Below, in pieces: positions 37,651-50,135 of a DNA stretch of 64,000 nt; position 1 is the first letter of the stretch, and each line of letters starts with the position of its first letter. The DNA lies in NCBI GenBank assembly GCA_964016885.1, contig OZ024746.1, positions 53,010,001-53,074,000 on the forward strand, read 5' to 3'. Under the pieces are notes generated by a model. It worked only from the letters and a program-made list of their open reading frames with translations. It did no database searches and had not been told where the DNA came from. The translations under genes were made by a program, and so were the position numbers. The stretch comes from Eledone cirrhosa (Eukaryota).

Positions 37651-40600
37651 TAGTGGTTGTTGTGATGGTAGTGTTGTTGTTGTTGTTGTAGTTAGTGGTT
37701 GATGTGATGATAGTGTTGTTATTGTTATTGTAGTTAGTGGTTGTTGTGATGGTAGTGTTGTTGTTGTTATTGTAGTTAGCGGTTGTTGTGATGGTAGTGT
37801 TGTTGTTGTTGTTGTAGTTAGTGGTTGATGTGATGGCAGTGTTGTTGTTGTTATTGTAGTTAATGGTTGTTGTGATGGTAGTGCTGTCGTTGTTGTTGTT
37901 GTAGTTAGTGGTTGCTGTGATGGTAGTGTTGTTATTGTTATTGTAGTTAGTTGTTGATGAGATGGTAGTGTTGTTGTTATTGTAGTTAGTGGTTGTTGTG
38001 ATGGTAGTATTGTTGTTGTTGTTGTAGTTAGTGGTTGATGTGATGGCAGTGTTGTTGTTGTTATTGTAGTTAATGGTTGTTGTGATGGTAGTGCTGTCGT
38101 TGTTGTTGTTGTAGTTAGTGGTTGCTGTGATGGTAGTGTTGTTATTGTTATTGTAGTTAGTGGTTGTTGTGATGGTAGTGTTGTTGTTGTTATTGTAGTT
38201 AGTGGTTGCTGAGATGGTAGTGTTGTTATTGTTATTGTAGTTAGTGGTTGTTGTGATGGTAGTGTTGTTGTTGTTGTTGTAGTTAATGGTTGTTGTGATG
38301 GTAGTGTTGTTGTTATTGTTATTGTAGTTAGAGGTTGCTGTGATGGTAGTGTTGTTCTTGTTATTGCAGTTAGTGGTTGTTGTGATGGTAGTGTTGTTGT
38401 TATTGTTATTGTAGTTAGAGGTTGCTGAGATGGTAGTGTTGTTGTTGTTATTGCAGTTAGTGGTTGCTGAGATGGTAGTGTTGTTATTGTTATTGTAGTT
38501 AGTGGTTGCTGAGATGGTAGTGTTGTTGTTGTTATTCTAGTTAGTGGTTGCTGTGATGGTAGTGTTGTTGTTGTTATTGTAGTTAGTGGTTGCTGAGATG
38601 GTAGTGTTGTTGTTGTTGTTATTGTAGTTAGTGGTTGCTGTGATGGTAGTGTTGTTGTTGTTATTGTAGTTAGTGGTTGCTGAGATGGTAGTGTTCTTGT
38701 TGTTGTTATTGTAGTTAGTGGTTGCTGTGATGGTAGTGTTGTTGTTGTTATTGTAGTTAGTGGTTGCTGAGATGGTAGTGTTGTTGTTGTTGTTATTGTA
38801 GTTAGTGGTTGCTGAGATGGTAGTGTTGTTGTTGTTGTTATTGTAGTTAGTGGTTGCTGTGATGGTAGTGTTGTTGCTGTTATTGTAGTTAGTGGTTTCT
38901 GTGATGGTAGTGTTGTTGTTGTTATTGTAGTTAGTGGTTGCTGAGATGGTAGTGTTGTTGTTGTTTTTATTGTAGTTAGTGGTTGCTGTGATGGTAGTGT
39001 TGTTGTTGTTACTGTAGTTAGTGGTTGGTGAGATGGTAGTGTTGTTGTTGTTGTTATTGTAGTTAGTGGTTGCTGAGATGGTAGTGTTGTTTTTGTTGTT
39101 ATTGTAGTTAGTGGTTTCTGTGATGGTAGTGTTGTTATTGTTGTTATTGTAGTTAGAGGTTGCTGTGATGGTAGTGTTGTTGTTGTTATTCTAGTTAGTG
39201 GTTGTTGTGATGGTAGTGTTGTTGTTGTTGTTATTGTAGTTAGTGGTTGCTGAGATGGTAGTGTTGTTGTTGTTGTTATTGTAGTTAGTGATTGCTGTGA
39301 TGGTAGTGTTGTTGTTGTTGTTGTTATTGTAGTTAGTGGTTGCTGAGATGGTAGTGTTGTTGTTGTTGTTATTGTAGTTAGTGATTGCTGTGATGGTAGT
39401 GTTGTTGTTGTTGTTGTTATTGTAGTTAGAGGTTGCTGTGATGGTAGTGTTGTTGTTGTTATTGTAGTTAGTGGTTTCTGTGATGGTAGTGTTGTTGTTG
39501 TTATTGTAGTTAGTGGTTGCTGAGATGGTAGTGTTGTTGTTGTTGTTATTGTAGTTAGTGATTGCTGTGATGGTAGTGTTGTTGTTGTTGTTGTTATTGT
39601 AGTTAGTGGTTGCTGAGATGGTAGTGTTGTTGTTGTTGTTATTGTAGTTAGTGATTGCTGTGATGGTAGTGTTGTTGTTGTTGTTGTTATTGTAGTTAGT
39701 GGTTGCTGAGATGGTAGTGTTGTTGTTGTTGTTATTGTAGTTACTGATTGCTGTGATGGTAGTGTTGTTGTTGTTGTTGTTATTGTAGTTAGTGGTTGTT
39801 GTGATGGTAGTGTTGTTGTTGTTATTGTAGTTAGCGGTTGTTGTGATGGTAGTGTTGTTGTTGTTGTTGTAGTTAGTGGTTGATGTGATGGCAGTGTTGT
39901 TGTTGTTATTGTAGTTAATGGTTGTTGTGATGGTAGTGCTGTCGTTGTTGTTGTTGTAGTTAGTGGTTGCTGTGATGGGAGTGTTGTTATTGTTATTGTA
40001 GTTAGTGGTTGATGTGATGGTAGTGTTGTTGTTATTGTAGTTAGTGGTTGTTGTGATGGTAGTGTTGTTGTTGTTGTTGTAGTTAGTGGTTGATGTGATG
40101 GCAGTGTTGTTGTTGTTATTGTAGTTAATGGTTGTTGTGATGGTAGTGCTGTCGTTGTTGTTGTTGTAGTTAGTGGTTGCTGTGATGGTAGTGTTGTTAT
40201 TGTTATTGTAGTTAGTGGTTGTTGTGATGGTAGTGTTGTTGTTGTTGTTGTAGTTAGTGGTTGCTGAGATGGTAGTGTTGTTATTGTTATTGTAGTTAGT
40301 GGTTGTTGTGATGGTAGTGTTGTTGTTGTTGTTGTAGTTAATGGTTGTTGTGATGGTAGTGTTGTTGTTATTGTTATTGTAGTTAGAGGTTGCTGTGATG
40401 GTAGTGTTGTTCCTGTTATTGCAGTTAGTGGTTGTTGTGATGGTAGTGTTGTTGTTATTGTTATTGTAGTTAGAGGTTGCTGAGATGGTAGTGTTGTTGT
40501 TGTTATTGCAGTTAGTGGTTGCTGCGATGGTAGTGTTGTTATTGTTATTGTAGTTAGTGGTTGCTGAGATGGTAGTGTTGTTGTTGTTGTTATTGTAGTT

Positions 40601-43503
40601 AGAGGTTGCTGTGATGGTAGTGTTGTTGTTGTTATTGTAGTTAGTGGTTTCTGTGATGGTAGTTTTGTTGTTGTTGTTATTGTAGTTAGTGGTTGCTGAG
40701 ATGGTAGTGTTGTTGTTGTTGTTATTGTAGTTAGAGGTTGCTGAGATGGTAGTGTTGTTGTTGTTATTCTAGTTAGTGGTTGCTGTGATGGTAGTGTTGT
40801 TGTTGTTATTGTAGTTAGTGGTTGCTGAGATGGTAGTGTTGTTGTTGTTGTTATTGTAGTTAGTGGTTGCCGTGATGGTAGTGTTGTTGTTGTTATTGTA
40901 GTTAGTGGTTGCTGAGATGGTAGTGTTGTTGTTGTTGTTATTGTAGTTAGTGGTTGCTGTGATGGTAGTGTTGTTGTTGTTATTGTAGTTAGTGGTTGCT
41001 GAGATGGTAGTGTTGTTGTTGTTGTTATTGTAGTTAGTGGTTGCTGAGATGGTAGTGTTGTTGTTGTTGTTATTGTAGTTAGTGGTTGCTGTGATGGTAG
41101 TGTTGTTGCTGTTATTGTAGTTAGTGGTTTCTGTGATGGTAGTGTTGTTGTTGTTATTGTAGTTAGTGGTTGCTGAGATGGTAGTGTTGTTGTTGTTTGT
41201 ATTGTAGTTAGTGGTTGCTGTGATGGTAGTGTTGTTGTTGTTACTGTAGTTAGTGGTTGCTGAGATGGTAGTGTTGTTGTTGTTGTTATTGTAGTTAGTG
41301 GTTGCTGAGATGGTAGTGTTGTTTTTGTTGTTATTGTAGTTAGTGGTTTCTGTGATGGTAGTGTTGTTGTTGTTGTTATTGTAGTTAGAGGTTGCTGTGA
41401 TGGTAGTGTTGTTGTTGTTATTCTAGTTAGTGGTTGTTGTGATGGTAGTGTTGTTGTTGTTGTTATTGTAGTTAGTGGTTTCTGTGATGGTAGTGTTGTT
41501 GTTGTTATTGTAGTTAGTGGTTGCTGAGATGGTAGTGTTGTTGTTGTTGTTATTGTAGTTAGTGATTGCTGTGATGGTAGTGTTGTTGTTGTTGTTCTTA
41601 TTGTAGTTAGTGGTTGCTGAGATGGTAGTGTTGTTGTTGTTGTTATTGTAGTTAGTGATTGCTGTGATGGTAGTGTTGTTGTTGTTGTTGTTGTTATTGT
41701 AGTTAGTGGTTGCTGAGATGGTAGTGTTGTTGTTGTTGTTATTGTAGTTAGAGGTTGCTGAGATGGTAGTGTTGTTGTTGTTATTCTAGTTAGTGGTTGC
41801 TGTGATGGTAGTGTTGTTGTTGTTGTTATTGTAGTTAGAGGTTGCTGAGATGGTAGTGTTGTTGTTGTTATTCTAGTTAGTGGTTGCTGTGATGGTAGTG
41901 TTGTTGTTGTTGTTATTGTAGTTAGAGGTTGCTGAGATGGTAGTGTTGTTGTTGTTATTATTGTAGTTAGAGGTTGCTGAGATGGTAGTGTTGTTGTTGT
42001 TATTCTAGTTAGTGGTTGCTGTGATGGTAGTGTTGTTGTTGTTGTTATTGTAGTTAGAGGTTGCTGAGATGGTCGTGTTGTTGTTGTTGTTATTGTAGTT
42101 AGAGGTTGCTGAGATGGTAGTGTTGTTGTTGTTATTCTAGTTAGTGGTTGCTGTGATGGTAGTGTTGTTGTTGTTATTGTAGTTAGTGGTTGCTGAGATG
42201 GTAGTGTTGTTGTTGTTGTTATTGTAGTTAGTGGTTGCTGAGATGGTAGTGTTGTTGTTGTTGTTATTGTAGTTAGTGGTTTCTGTGATGGTAGTGTTGT
42301 TGTTGTTATTATTGTAGTTAGTGGTTGCTGTGATGGTAGTGTTGTTGTTGTTATTCTAGTTAGTGGTTGCTGTGATGGTAGTGTTGTTGTTGTTGTTATT
42401 GTAGTTAGTGGTTTCTGTGATGGTAGTGTTGTTGTTGTTATTGTAGTTAGTGGTTGCTGAGATGGTAGTGTTGTTGTTGTTGTTATTGTAGTTAGTGGTT
42501 GCTGAGATGGTAGTGTTGTTGTTGTTATTCTAGTTAGTGGTTGCTGTGATGGTAGTGTTGTTGTTGTTATTGTAGTTAGTGGTTGCTGAGATGGTAGTGT
42601 TGTTGTTGTTGTTGTTATTGTAGTTAGTGGTTGCTGTGATGGTAGTGTTGTTGTTGTTATTGTAGTTAGTGGTTGCTGAGATGGTAGTGTTGTTGTTGTT
42701 GTTATTGTAGTTAGTGGTTGCTGTGATGGTAGTGTTGTTGTTGTTATTGTAGTTAGTGGTTGCTGAGATGGTAGTGTTATTGTTGTTGTTATTGTAGTTA
42801 GTGGTTGCTGAGATGGTAGTGTTGTTGTTGTTGTTATTGTAGTTAGTGGTTGCTGTGATGGTAGTGTTGTTGCTGTTATTGTAGTTAGTGGTTTCTGTGA
42901 TGGTAGTGTTGTTGTTGTTATTGTAGTTAGTGGTTGCTGAGATGGTAGTGTTGTTGTTGTTGTTATTGTAGTTAGTGGTTTCTGTGATGGTAGTGTTGTT
43001 GTTGTTATTATTGTAGTTAGTGGTTGCTGTGATGGTAGTGTTGTTGTTGTTATTCTAGTTAGTGGTTGCTGTGATGGTAGTGTTGTTGTTGTTGTTATTG
43101 TAGTTAGTGGTTTCTGTGATGGTAGTGTTGTTGTTGTTATTGTAGTTAGTGGTTGCTGAGATGGTAGTGTTGTTGTTGTTGTTATTGTAGTTAGTGGTTG
43201 CTGAGATGGTAGTGTTGTTATTGTTATTCTAGTTAGTGGTTGCTGTGATGGTAGTGTTGTTGTTGTTATTGTAGTTAGTGGTTGCTGAGATGGTAGTGTT
43301 GTTGTTGTTGTTATTGTAGTTAGTGGTTGCTGTGATGGTAGTGTTGTTGTTGTTATTGTAGTTAGTGGTTGCTGAGATGGTAGTGTTGTTGTTGTTGTTA
43401 TTGTAGTTAGTGGTTGCTGTGATGGTAGTGTTGTTGTTGTTATTGTAGTTAGTGGTTGCTGAGATGGTAGTGTTATTGTTGTTGTTATTGTAGTTAGTGG
43501 TTG
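37243..43503 (-). other. Longest stop-free stretch (about 2,087 codons, no start codon seen) of a mucin-like Pro/Thr/Ser repeat frame, (LPSQQPLTTITTTT[T])n; coding status unproven
   Basis: Bounded by an in-frame TAG (CTA at 43504-43506) and an in-frame TAA (TTA at 37240-37242). No stop or frameshift was seen between them by eye, and the triplet phase is the same at both ends. The ORF track presumably misses it because it lacks a start codon. The consensus monomer is open in this frame, so openness alone is weak evidence. Confidence 0.25.
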
Positions 43504-46500
43504 CTAAGATGGTAGTGTTGTTGTTGTTGTTATTGTAGTTAGTGGTTGCTGTGATGGTAGTGTTGTTGCTGTTATTGTAGTTAGTGGTTTCTGTGATGGT
43601 AGTGTTGTTGTTGTTATTGTAGTTAGTGGTTGCTGAGATGGTAGTGTTGTTGTTGTTTTTATTGTAGTTAGTGGTTGCTGTGATGGTAGTGTTGTTGTTG
43701 TTACTGTAGTTAGTGGTTGCTGAGATGGTAGTGTTGTTGTTGTTGTTATTGTAGTTAGTGGTTGCTGAGATGGTAGTGTTGTTTTTGTTGTTATTGTAGT
43801 TAGTGGTTTCTGTGATGGTAGTGTTGTTATTGTTGTTATTGTAGTTAGAGGTTGCTGTGATGGTAGTGTTGTTGTTGTTATTCTAGTTAGTGGTTGTTGT
43901 GATGGTAGTGTTGTTGTTGTTGTTATTGTAGTTAGTGGTTTCTGTGATGGTAGTGTTGTTGTTTTTATTGTAGTTAGTGGTTGCTGAGATGGTAGTGTTG
44001 TTGTTGTTGTTATTGTAGTTAGTGATTGCTGTGATGGTAGTGTTGTTGTTGTTGTTGTTATTGTAGTTAGTGGTTGCTGAGATGGTAGTGTTGTTGTTGT
44101 TGTTATTGTAGTTAGTGATTGCTGTGATGGTAGTGTTGTTGTTGTTGTTGTTATTGTAGTTAGTGGTTGCTGAGATGGTAGTGTTGTTGTTGTTGTTATT
44201 GTAGTTACTGATTGCTGTGATGGTAGTGTTGTTGTTGTTGTTGTTATTGTAGTTAGTGGTTGTTGTGATGGTAGTGTTGTTGTTGTTATTGTAGTTAGCG
44301 GTTGTTGTGATGGTAGTGTTGTTGTTGTTGTTGTAGTTAGTGGTTGATGTGATGGCAGTGTTGTTGTTGTTATTGTAGTTAATGGTTGTTGTGATGGTAG
44401 TGCTGTCGTTGTTGTTGTTGTAGTTAGTGGTTGCTGTGATGGGAGTGTTGTTATTGTTATTGTAGTTAGTGGTTGATGTGATGGTAGTGTTGTTGTTGTT
44501 GTTATTGTAGTTAGTGGTTTCTGTGATGGTAGTGTTGTTGTTGTTATTGTAGTTAGTGGTTGCTGAGATGGTAGTGTTGTTGCTGTTATTGTAGTTAGTG
44601 GTTTCTGTGATGGTAGTGTTGTTGTTGTTATTGTAGTTAGTGGTTGCTGAGATGGTAGTGTTGTTGTTGTTTTTATTGTAGTTAGTGGTTGCTGTGATGG
44701 TAGTGTTGTTGTTATTGTAGTTAGTGGTTGTTGTGATGGTAGTGTTGTTGTTGTTGTTGTAGTTAGTGGTTGATGTGATGGCAGTGTTGTTGTTGTTATT
44801 GTAGTTAATGGTTGTTGTGATGGTAGTGCTGTCGTTGTTGTTGTTGTAGTTAGTGGTTGCTGTGATGGTAGTGTTGTTATTGTTATTGTAGTTAGTGGTT
44901 GTTGTGATGGTAGTGTTGTTGTTGTTGTTGTAGTTAGTGGTTGCTGAGATGGTAGTGTTGTTATTGTTATTGTAGTTAGTGGTTGTTGTGATGGTAGTGT
45001 TGTTGTTGTTGTTGTAGTTAATGGTTGTTGTGATGGTAGTGTTGTTGTTATTGTTATTGTAGTTAGAGGTTGCTGTGATGGTAGTGTTGTTCTTGTTATT
45101 GCAGTTAGTGGTTGTTGTGATGGTAGTGTTGTTGTTATTGTTATTGTAGTTAGTGGTTGCTGAGATGGTAGTGTTGTTGTTGTTATTGCAGTTAGTGGTT
45201 GGTGAGATGGTAGTGTTGTTATTGTTATTGTAGTTAGTGGTTGCTGAGATGGTAGTGTTGTTGTTGTTGTTATTGTAGTTAGAGGTTGCTGTGATGGTAG
45301 TGTTGTTGTTGTTATTGTAGTTAGTGGTTTCTGTGATGGTAGTTTTGTTCTTGTTGTTATTGTAGTTAGTGGTTGCTGAGATGGTAGTGTTGTTGTTGTT
45401 GTTATTGTAGTTAGAGGTTGCTGAGATGGTAGTGTTGTTGTTGTTATTCTAGTTAGTGGTTGCTGTGATGGTAGTGTTGTTGTTGTTATTGTAGTTAGTG
45501 GTTGCTGAGATGGTAGTGTTGTTGTTGTTGTTATTGTAGTTAGTGGTTGCTGTGATGGTAGTGTTGTTGTTGTTATTGTAGTTAGTGGTTGCTGAGATGG
45601 TAGTGTTGTTGTTGTTGTTATTGTAGTTAGTGGTTGCTGTGATGGTAGTGTTGTTGTTGTTATTGTAGTTAGTGGTTGCTGAGATGGTAGTGTTGTTGTT
45701 GTTGTTATTGTAGGTAGTGGTTGCTGAGATGGTAGTGTTGTTGTTGTTGTTATTGTAGTTAGTGGTTGCTGTGATGGTAGTGTTGTTGCTGTTATTGTAG
45801 TTAGTGGTTTCTGTGATGGTAGTGTTGTTGTTGTTATTGTAGTTAGTGGTTGCTGAGATGGTAGTGTTGTTGTTGTTTTTATTGTAGTTAGTGGTTGCTG
45901 TGATGGTAGTGTTGTTGTTGTTACTGTAGTTAGTGGTTGCTGAGATGGTAGTGTTGTTGTTGTTGTTATTGTAGTTAGTGGTTGCTGAGATGGTAGTGTT
46001 GTTTTTGTTGTTATTGTAGTTAGTGGTTTCTGTGATGGTAGTGTTGTTGTTGTTGTTATTGTAGTTAGAGGTTGCTGTGATGGTAGTGTTGTTGTTGTTA
46101 TTCTAGTTAGTGGTTGTTGTGATGGTAGTGTTGTTGTTGTTGTTATTGTAGTTAGTGGTTTCTGTGATGGTAGTGTTGTTGTTGTTATTGTAGTTAGTGG
46201 TTGCTGAGTTGGTAGTGTTGTTGTTGTTGTTATTGTAGTTAGTGGTTGCTGAGTTGGTAGTGTTGTTGTTGTTGTTATTGTAGTTAGTGGTTGCTGAGTT
46301 GGTAGTGTTGTTGTTGTTGTTATTGTAGTTAGAGGTTGCTGAGATGGTAGTGTTGTTGTTGTTGTTATTCTAGTTAGTGGTTGCTGTGATGGTAGTGTTG
46401 TTGTTGTTATTGTAGTTAGTGGTTGCTGAGATGGTAGTGTTGTTGTTGTTGTTGTTATTGTAGTTAGTGGTTGCTGTGATGGTAGTGTTGTTGTTGTTAT

Positions 46501-49500
46501 TGTAGTTAGTGGTTGCTGAGATGGTAGTGTTGTTGTTGTTGTTATTGTAGTTAGTGGTTGCTGTGATGGTAGTGTTGTTGTTGTTATTGTAGTTAGTGGT
46601 TGCTGAGATGGTAGTGTTATTGTTGTTGTTATTGTAGTTAGTGGTTGCTGAGATGGTAGTGTTGTTGTTGTTGTTATTGTAGTTAGTGGTTGCTGTGATG
46701 GTAGTGTTGTTGCTGTTATTGTAGTTAGTGGTTTCTGTGATGGTAGTGTTGTTGTTGTTATTGTAGTTAGTGGTTGCTGAGATGGTAGTGTTGTTGTTGT
46801 TGTTATTGTAGTTAGTGGTTTCTGTGATGGTAGTGTTGTTGTTGTTATTATTGTAGTTAGTGGTTGCTGTGATGGTAGTGTTGTTGTTGTTATTCTAGTT
46901 AGTGGTTGCTGTGATGGTAGTGTTGTTGTTGTTGTTATTGTAGTTAGTGGTTTCTGTGATGGTAGTGTTGTTGTTGTTATTGTAGTTAGTGGTTGCTGAG
47001 ATGGTAGTGTTGTTGTTGTTGTTATTGTAGTTAGTGGTTGCTGAGATGGTAGTGTTGTTATTGTTATTCTAGTTAGTGGTTGCTGTGATGGTAGTGTTGT
47101 TGTTGTTATTGTAGTTAGTGGTTGCTGAGATGGTAGTGTTGTTGTTGTTGTTATTGTAGTTAGTGGTTGCTGTGATGGTAGTGTTGTTGTTGTTATTGTA
47201 GTTAGTGGTTGCTGAGATGGTAGTGTTGTTGTTGTTGTTATTGTAGTTAGTGGTTGCTGTGATGGTAGTGTTGTTGTTGTTATTGTAGTTAGTGGTTGCT
47301 GAGATGGTAGTGTTATTGTTGTTGTTATTGTAGTTAGTGGTTGCTAAGATGGTAGTGTTGTTGTTGTTGTTATTGTAGTTAGTGGTTGCTGTGATGGTAG
47401 TGTTGTTGCTGTTATTGTAGTTAGTGGTTTCTGTGATGGTAGTGTTGTTGTTGTTATTGTAGTTAGTGGTTGCTGAGATGGTAGTGTTGTTGTTGTTTTT
47501 ATTGTAGTTAGTGGTTGCTGTGATGGTAGTGTTGTTGTTGTTACTGTAGTTAGTGGTTGCTGAGATGGTAGTGTTGTTGTTGTTGTTATTGTAGTTAGTG
47601 GTTGCTGAGATGGTAGTGTTGTTTTTGTTGTTATTGTAGTTAGTGGTTTCTGTGATGGTAGTGTTGTTATTGTTGTTATTGTAGTTAGAGGTTGCTGTGA
47701 TGGTAGTGTTGTTGTTGTTATTCTAGTTAGTGGTTGTTGTGATGGTAGTGTTGTTGTTGTTGTTATTGTAGTTAGTGGTTTCTGTGATGGTAGTGTTGTT
47801 GTTTTTATTGTAGTTAGTGGTTGCTGAGATGGTAGTGTTGTTGTTGTTGTTATTGTAGTTAGTGATTGCTGTGATGGTAGTGTTGTTGTTGTTGTTATTG
47901 TAGTTAGTGGTTGCTGAGATGGTAGTGTTGTTGTTGTTGTTATTGTAGTTAGTGATTGCTGTGATGGTAGTGTTGTTGTTGTTGTTATTGTAGTTAGTGG
48001 TTGCTGAGATGGTAGTGTTGTTGTTGTTGTTATTGTAGTTAGTGATTGCTGTGATGGTAGTGTTGTTGTTGTTGTTGTTATTGTAGTTAGTGGTTGCTGA
48101 GATGGTAGTGTTGTTGTTGTTGTTATTGTAGTTACTGATTGCTGTGATGGTAGTGTTGTTGTTGTTGTTGTTATTGTAGTTAGTGGTTGTTGTGATGGTA
48201 GTGTTGTTGTTGTTATTGTAGTTAGCGGTTGTTGTGATGGTAGTGTTGTTGTTGTTGTTGTAGTTAGTGGTTGATGTGATGGCAGTGTTGTTGTTGTTAT
48301 TGTAGTTAATGGTTGTTGTGATGGTAGTGCTGTCGTTGTTGTTGTTGTAGTTAGTGGTTGCTGTGATGGGAGTGTTGTTATTGTTATTGTAGTTAGTGGT
48401 TGATGTGATGGTAGTGTTGTTGTTGTTGTTATTGTAGTTAGTGGTTTCTGTGATGGTAGTGTTGTTGTTGTTATTGTAGTTAGTGGTTGCTGAGATGGTA
48501 GTGTTGTTGCTGTTATTGTAGTTAGTGGTTTCTGTGATGGTAGTGTTGTTGTTGTTATTGTAGTTAGTGGTTGCTGAGATGGTAGTGTTGTTGTTGTTTT
48601 TATTGTAGTTAGTGGTTGCTGTGATGGTAGTGTTGTTGTTATTGTAGTTAGTGGTTGTTGTGATGGTAGTGTTGTTGTTGTTGTTGTAGTTAGTGGTTGA
48701 TGTGATGGCAGTGTTGTTGTTGTTATTGTAGTTAATGGTTGTTGTGATGGTAGTGCTGTCGTTGTTGTTGTTGTAGTTAGTGGTTGCTGTGATGGTAGTG
48801 TTGTTATTGTTATTGTAGTTAGTGGTTGTTGTGATGGTAGTGTTGTTGTTGTTGTTGTAGTTAGTGGTTGCTGAGATGGTAGTGTTGTTATTGTTATTGT
48901 AGTTAGTGGTTGTTGTGATGGTAGTGTTGTTGTTGTTGTTGTAGTTAATGGTTGTTGTGATGGTAGTGTTGTTGTTATTGTTATTGTAGTTAGAGGTTGC
49001 TGTGATGGTAGTGTTGTTCTTGTTATTGCAGTTAGTGGTTGTTGTGATGGTAGTGTTGTTGTTATTGTTATTGTAGTTAGTGGTTGCTGAGATGGTAGTG
49101 TTGTTGTTGTTATTGCAGTTAGTGGTTGGTGAGATGGTAGTGTTGTTATTGTTATTGTAGTTAGTGGTTGCTGAGATGGTAGTGTTGTTGTTGTTGTTAT
49201 TGTAGTTAGAGGTTGCTGTGATGGTAGTGTTGTTGTTGTTATTGTAGTTAGTGGTTTCTGTGATGGTAGTTTTGTTCTTGTTGTTATTGTAGTTAGTGGT
49301 TGCTGAGATGGTAGTGTTGTTGTTGTTGTTATTGTAGTTAGAGGTTGCTGAGATGGTAGTGTTGTTGTTGTTATTCTAGTTAGTGGTTGCTGTGATGGTA
49401 GTGTTGTTGTTGTTATTGTAGTTAGTGGTTGCTGAGATGGTAGTGTTGTTGTTGTTCTTATTGTAGTTAGTGGTTGCTGTGATGGTAGTGTTGTTGTTGT

Positions 49501-50135
49501 TATTGTAGTTAGTGGTTGCTGAGATGGTAGTGTTGTTGTTGTTGTTATTGTAGTTAGTGGTTGCTGTGATGGTAGTGTTGTTGTTGTTATTGTAGTTAGT
49601 GGTTGCTGAGATGGTAGTGTTGTTGTTGTTGTTATTGTAGGTAGTGGTTGCTGAGATGGTAGTGTTGTTGTTGTTGTTATTGTAGTTAGTGGTTGCTGTG
49701 ATGGTAGTGTTGTTGCTGTTATTGTAGTTAGTGGTTTCTGTGATGGTAGTGTTGTTGTTGTTATTGTAGTTAGTGGTTGCTGAGATGGTAGTGTTGTTGT
49801 TGTTTTTATTGTAGTTAGTGGTTGCTGTGATGGTAGTGTTGTTGTTGTTACTGTAGTTAGTGGTTGCTGAGATGGTAGTGTTGTTGTTGTTGTTATTGTA
49901 GTTAGTGGTTGCTGAGATGGTAGTGTTGTTTTTGTTGTTATTGTAGTTAGTGGTTTCTGTGATGGTAGTGTTGTTGTTGTTGTTATTGTAGTTAGAGGTT
50001 GCTGTGATGGTAGTGTTGTTGTTGTTATTCTAGTTAGTGGTTGTTGTGATGGTAGTGTTGTTGTTGTTGTTATTGTAGTTAGTGGTTTCTGTGATGGTAG
50101 TGTTGTTGTTGTTATTGTAGTTAGTGGTTGCTGAG
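42520..50135. repeat. Recent tandem duplication, offset 3840 then 3927 bp
   Basis: Lines from 42541 match lines from 46381, and TTGCTAAGAT occurs at 43501/47341 (offset 3840). GTTACTGATT at 44204/48131, GGGAGT at 44441/48368 and TAGGTAGTGG at 45711/49638 give offset 3927. A more diverged third copy lies upstream (GGGAGT at 39977). Confidence 0.9.
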
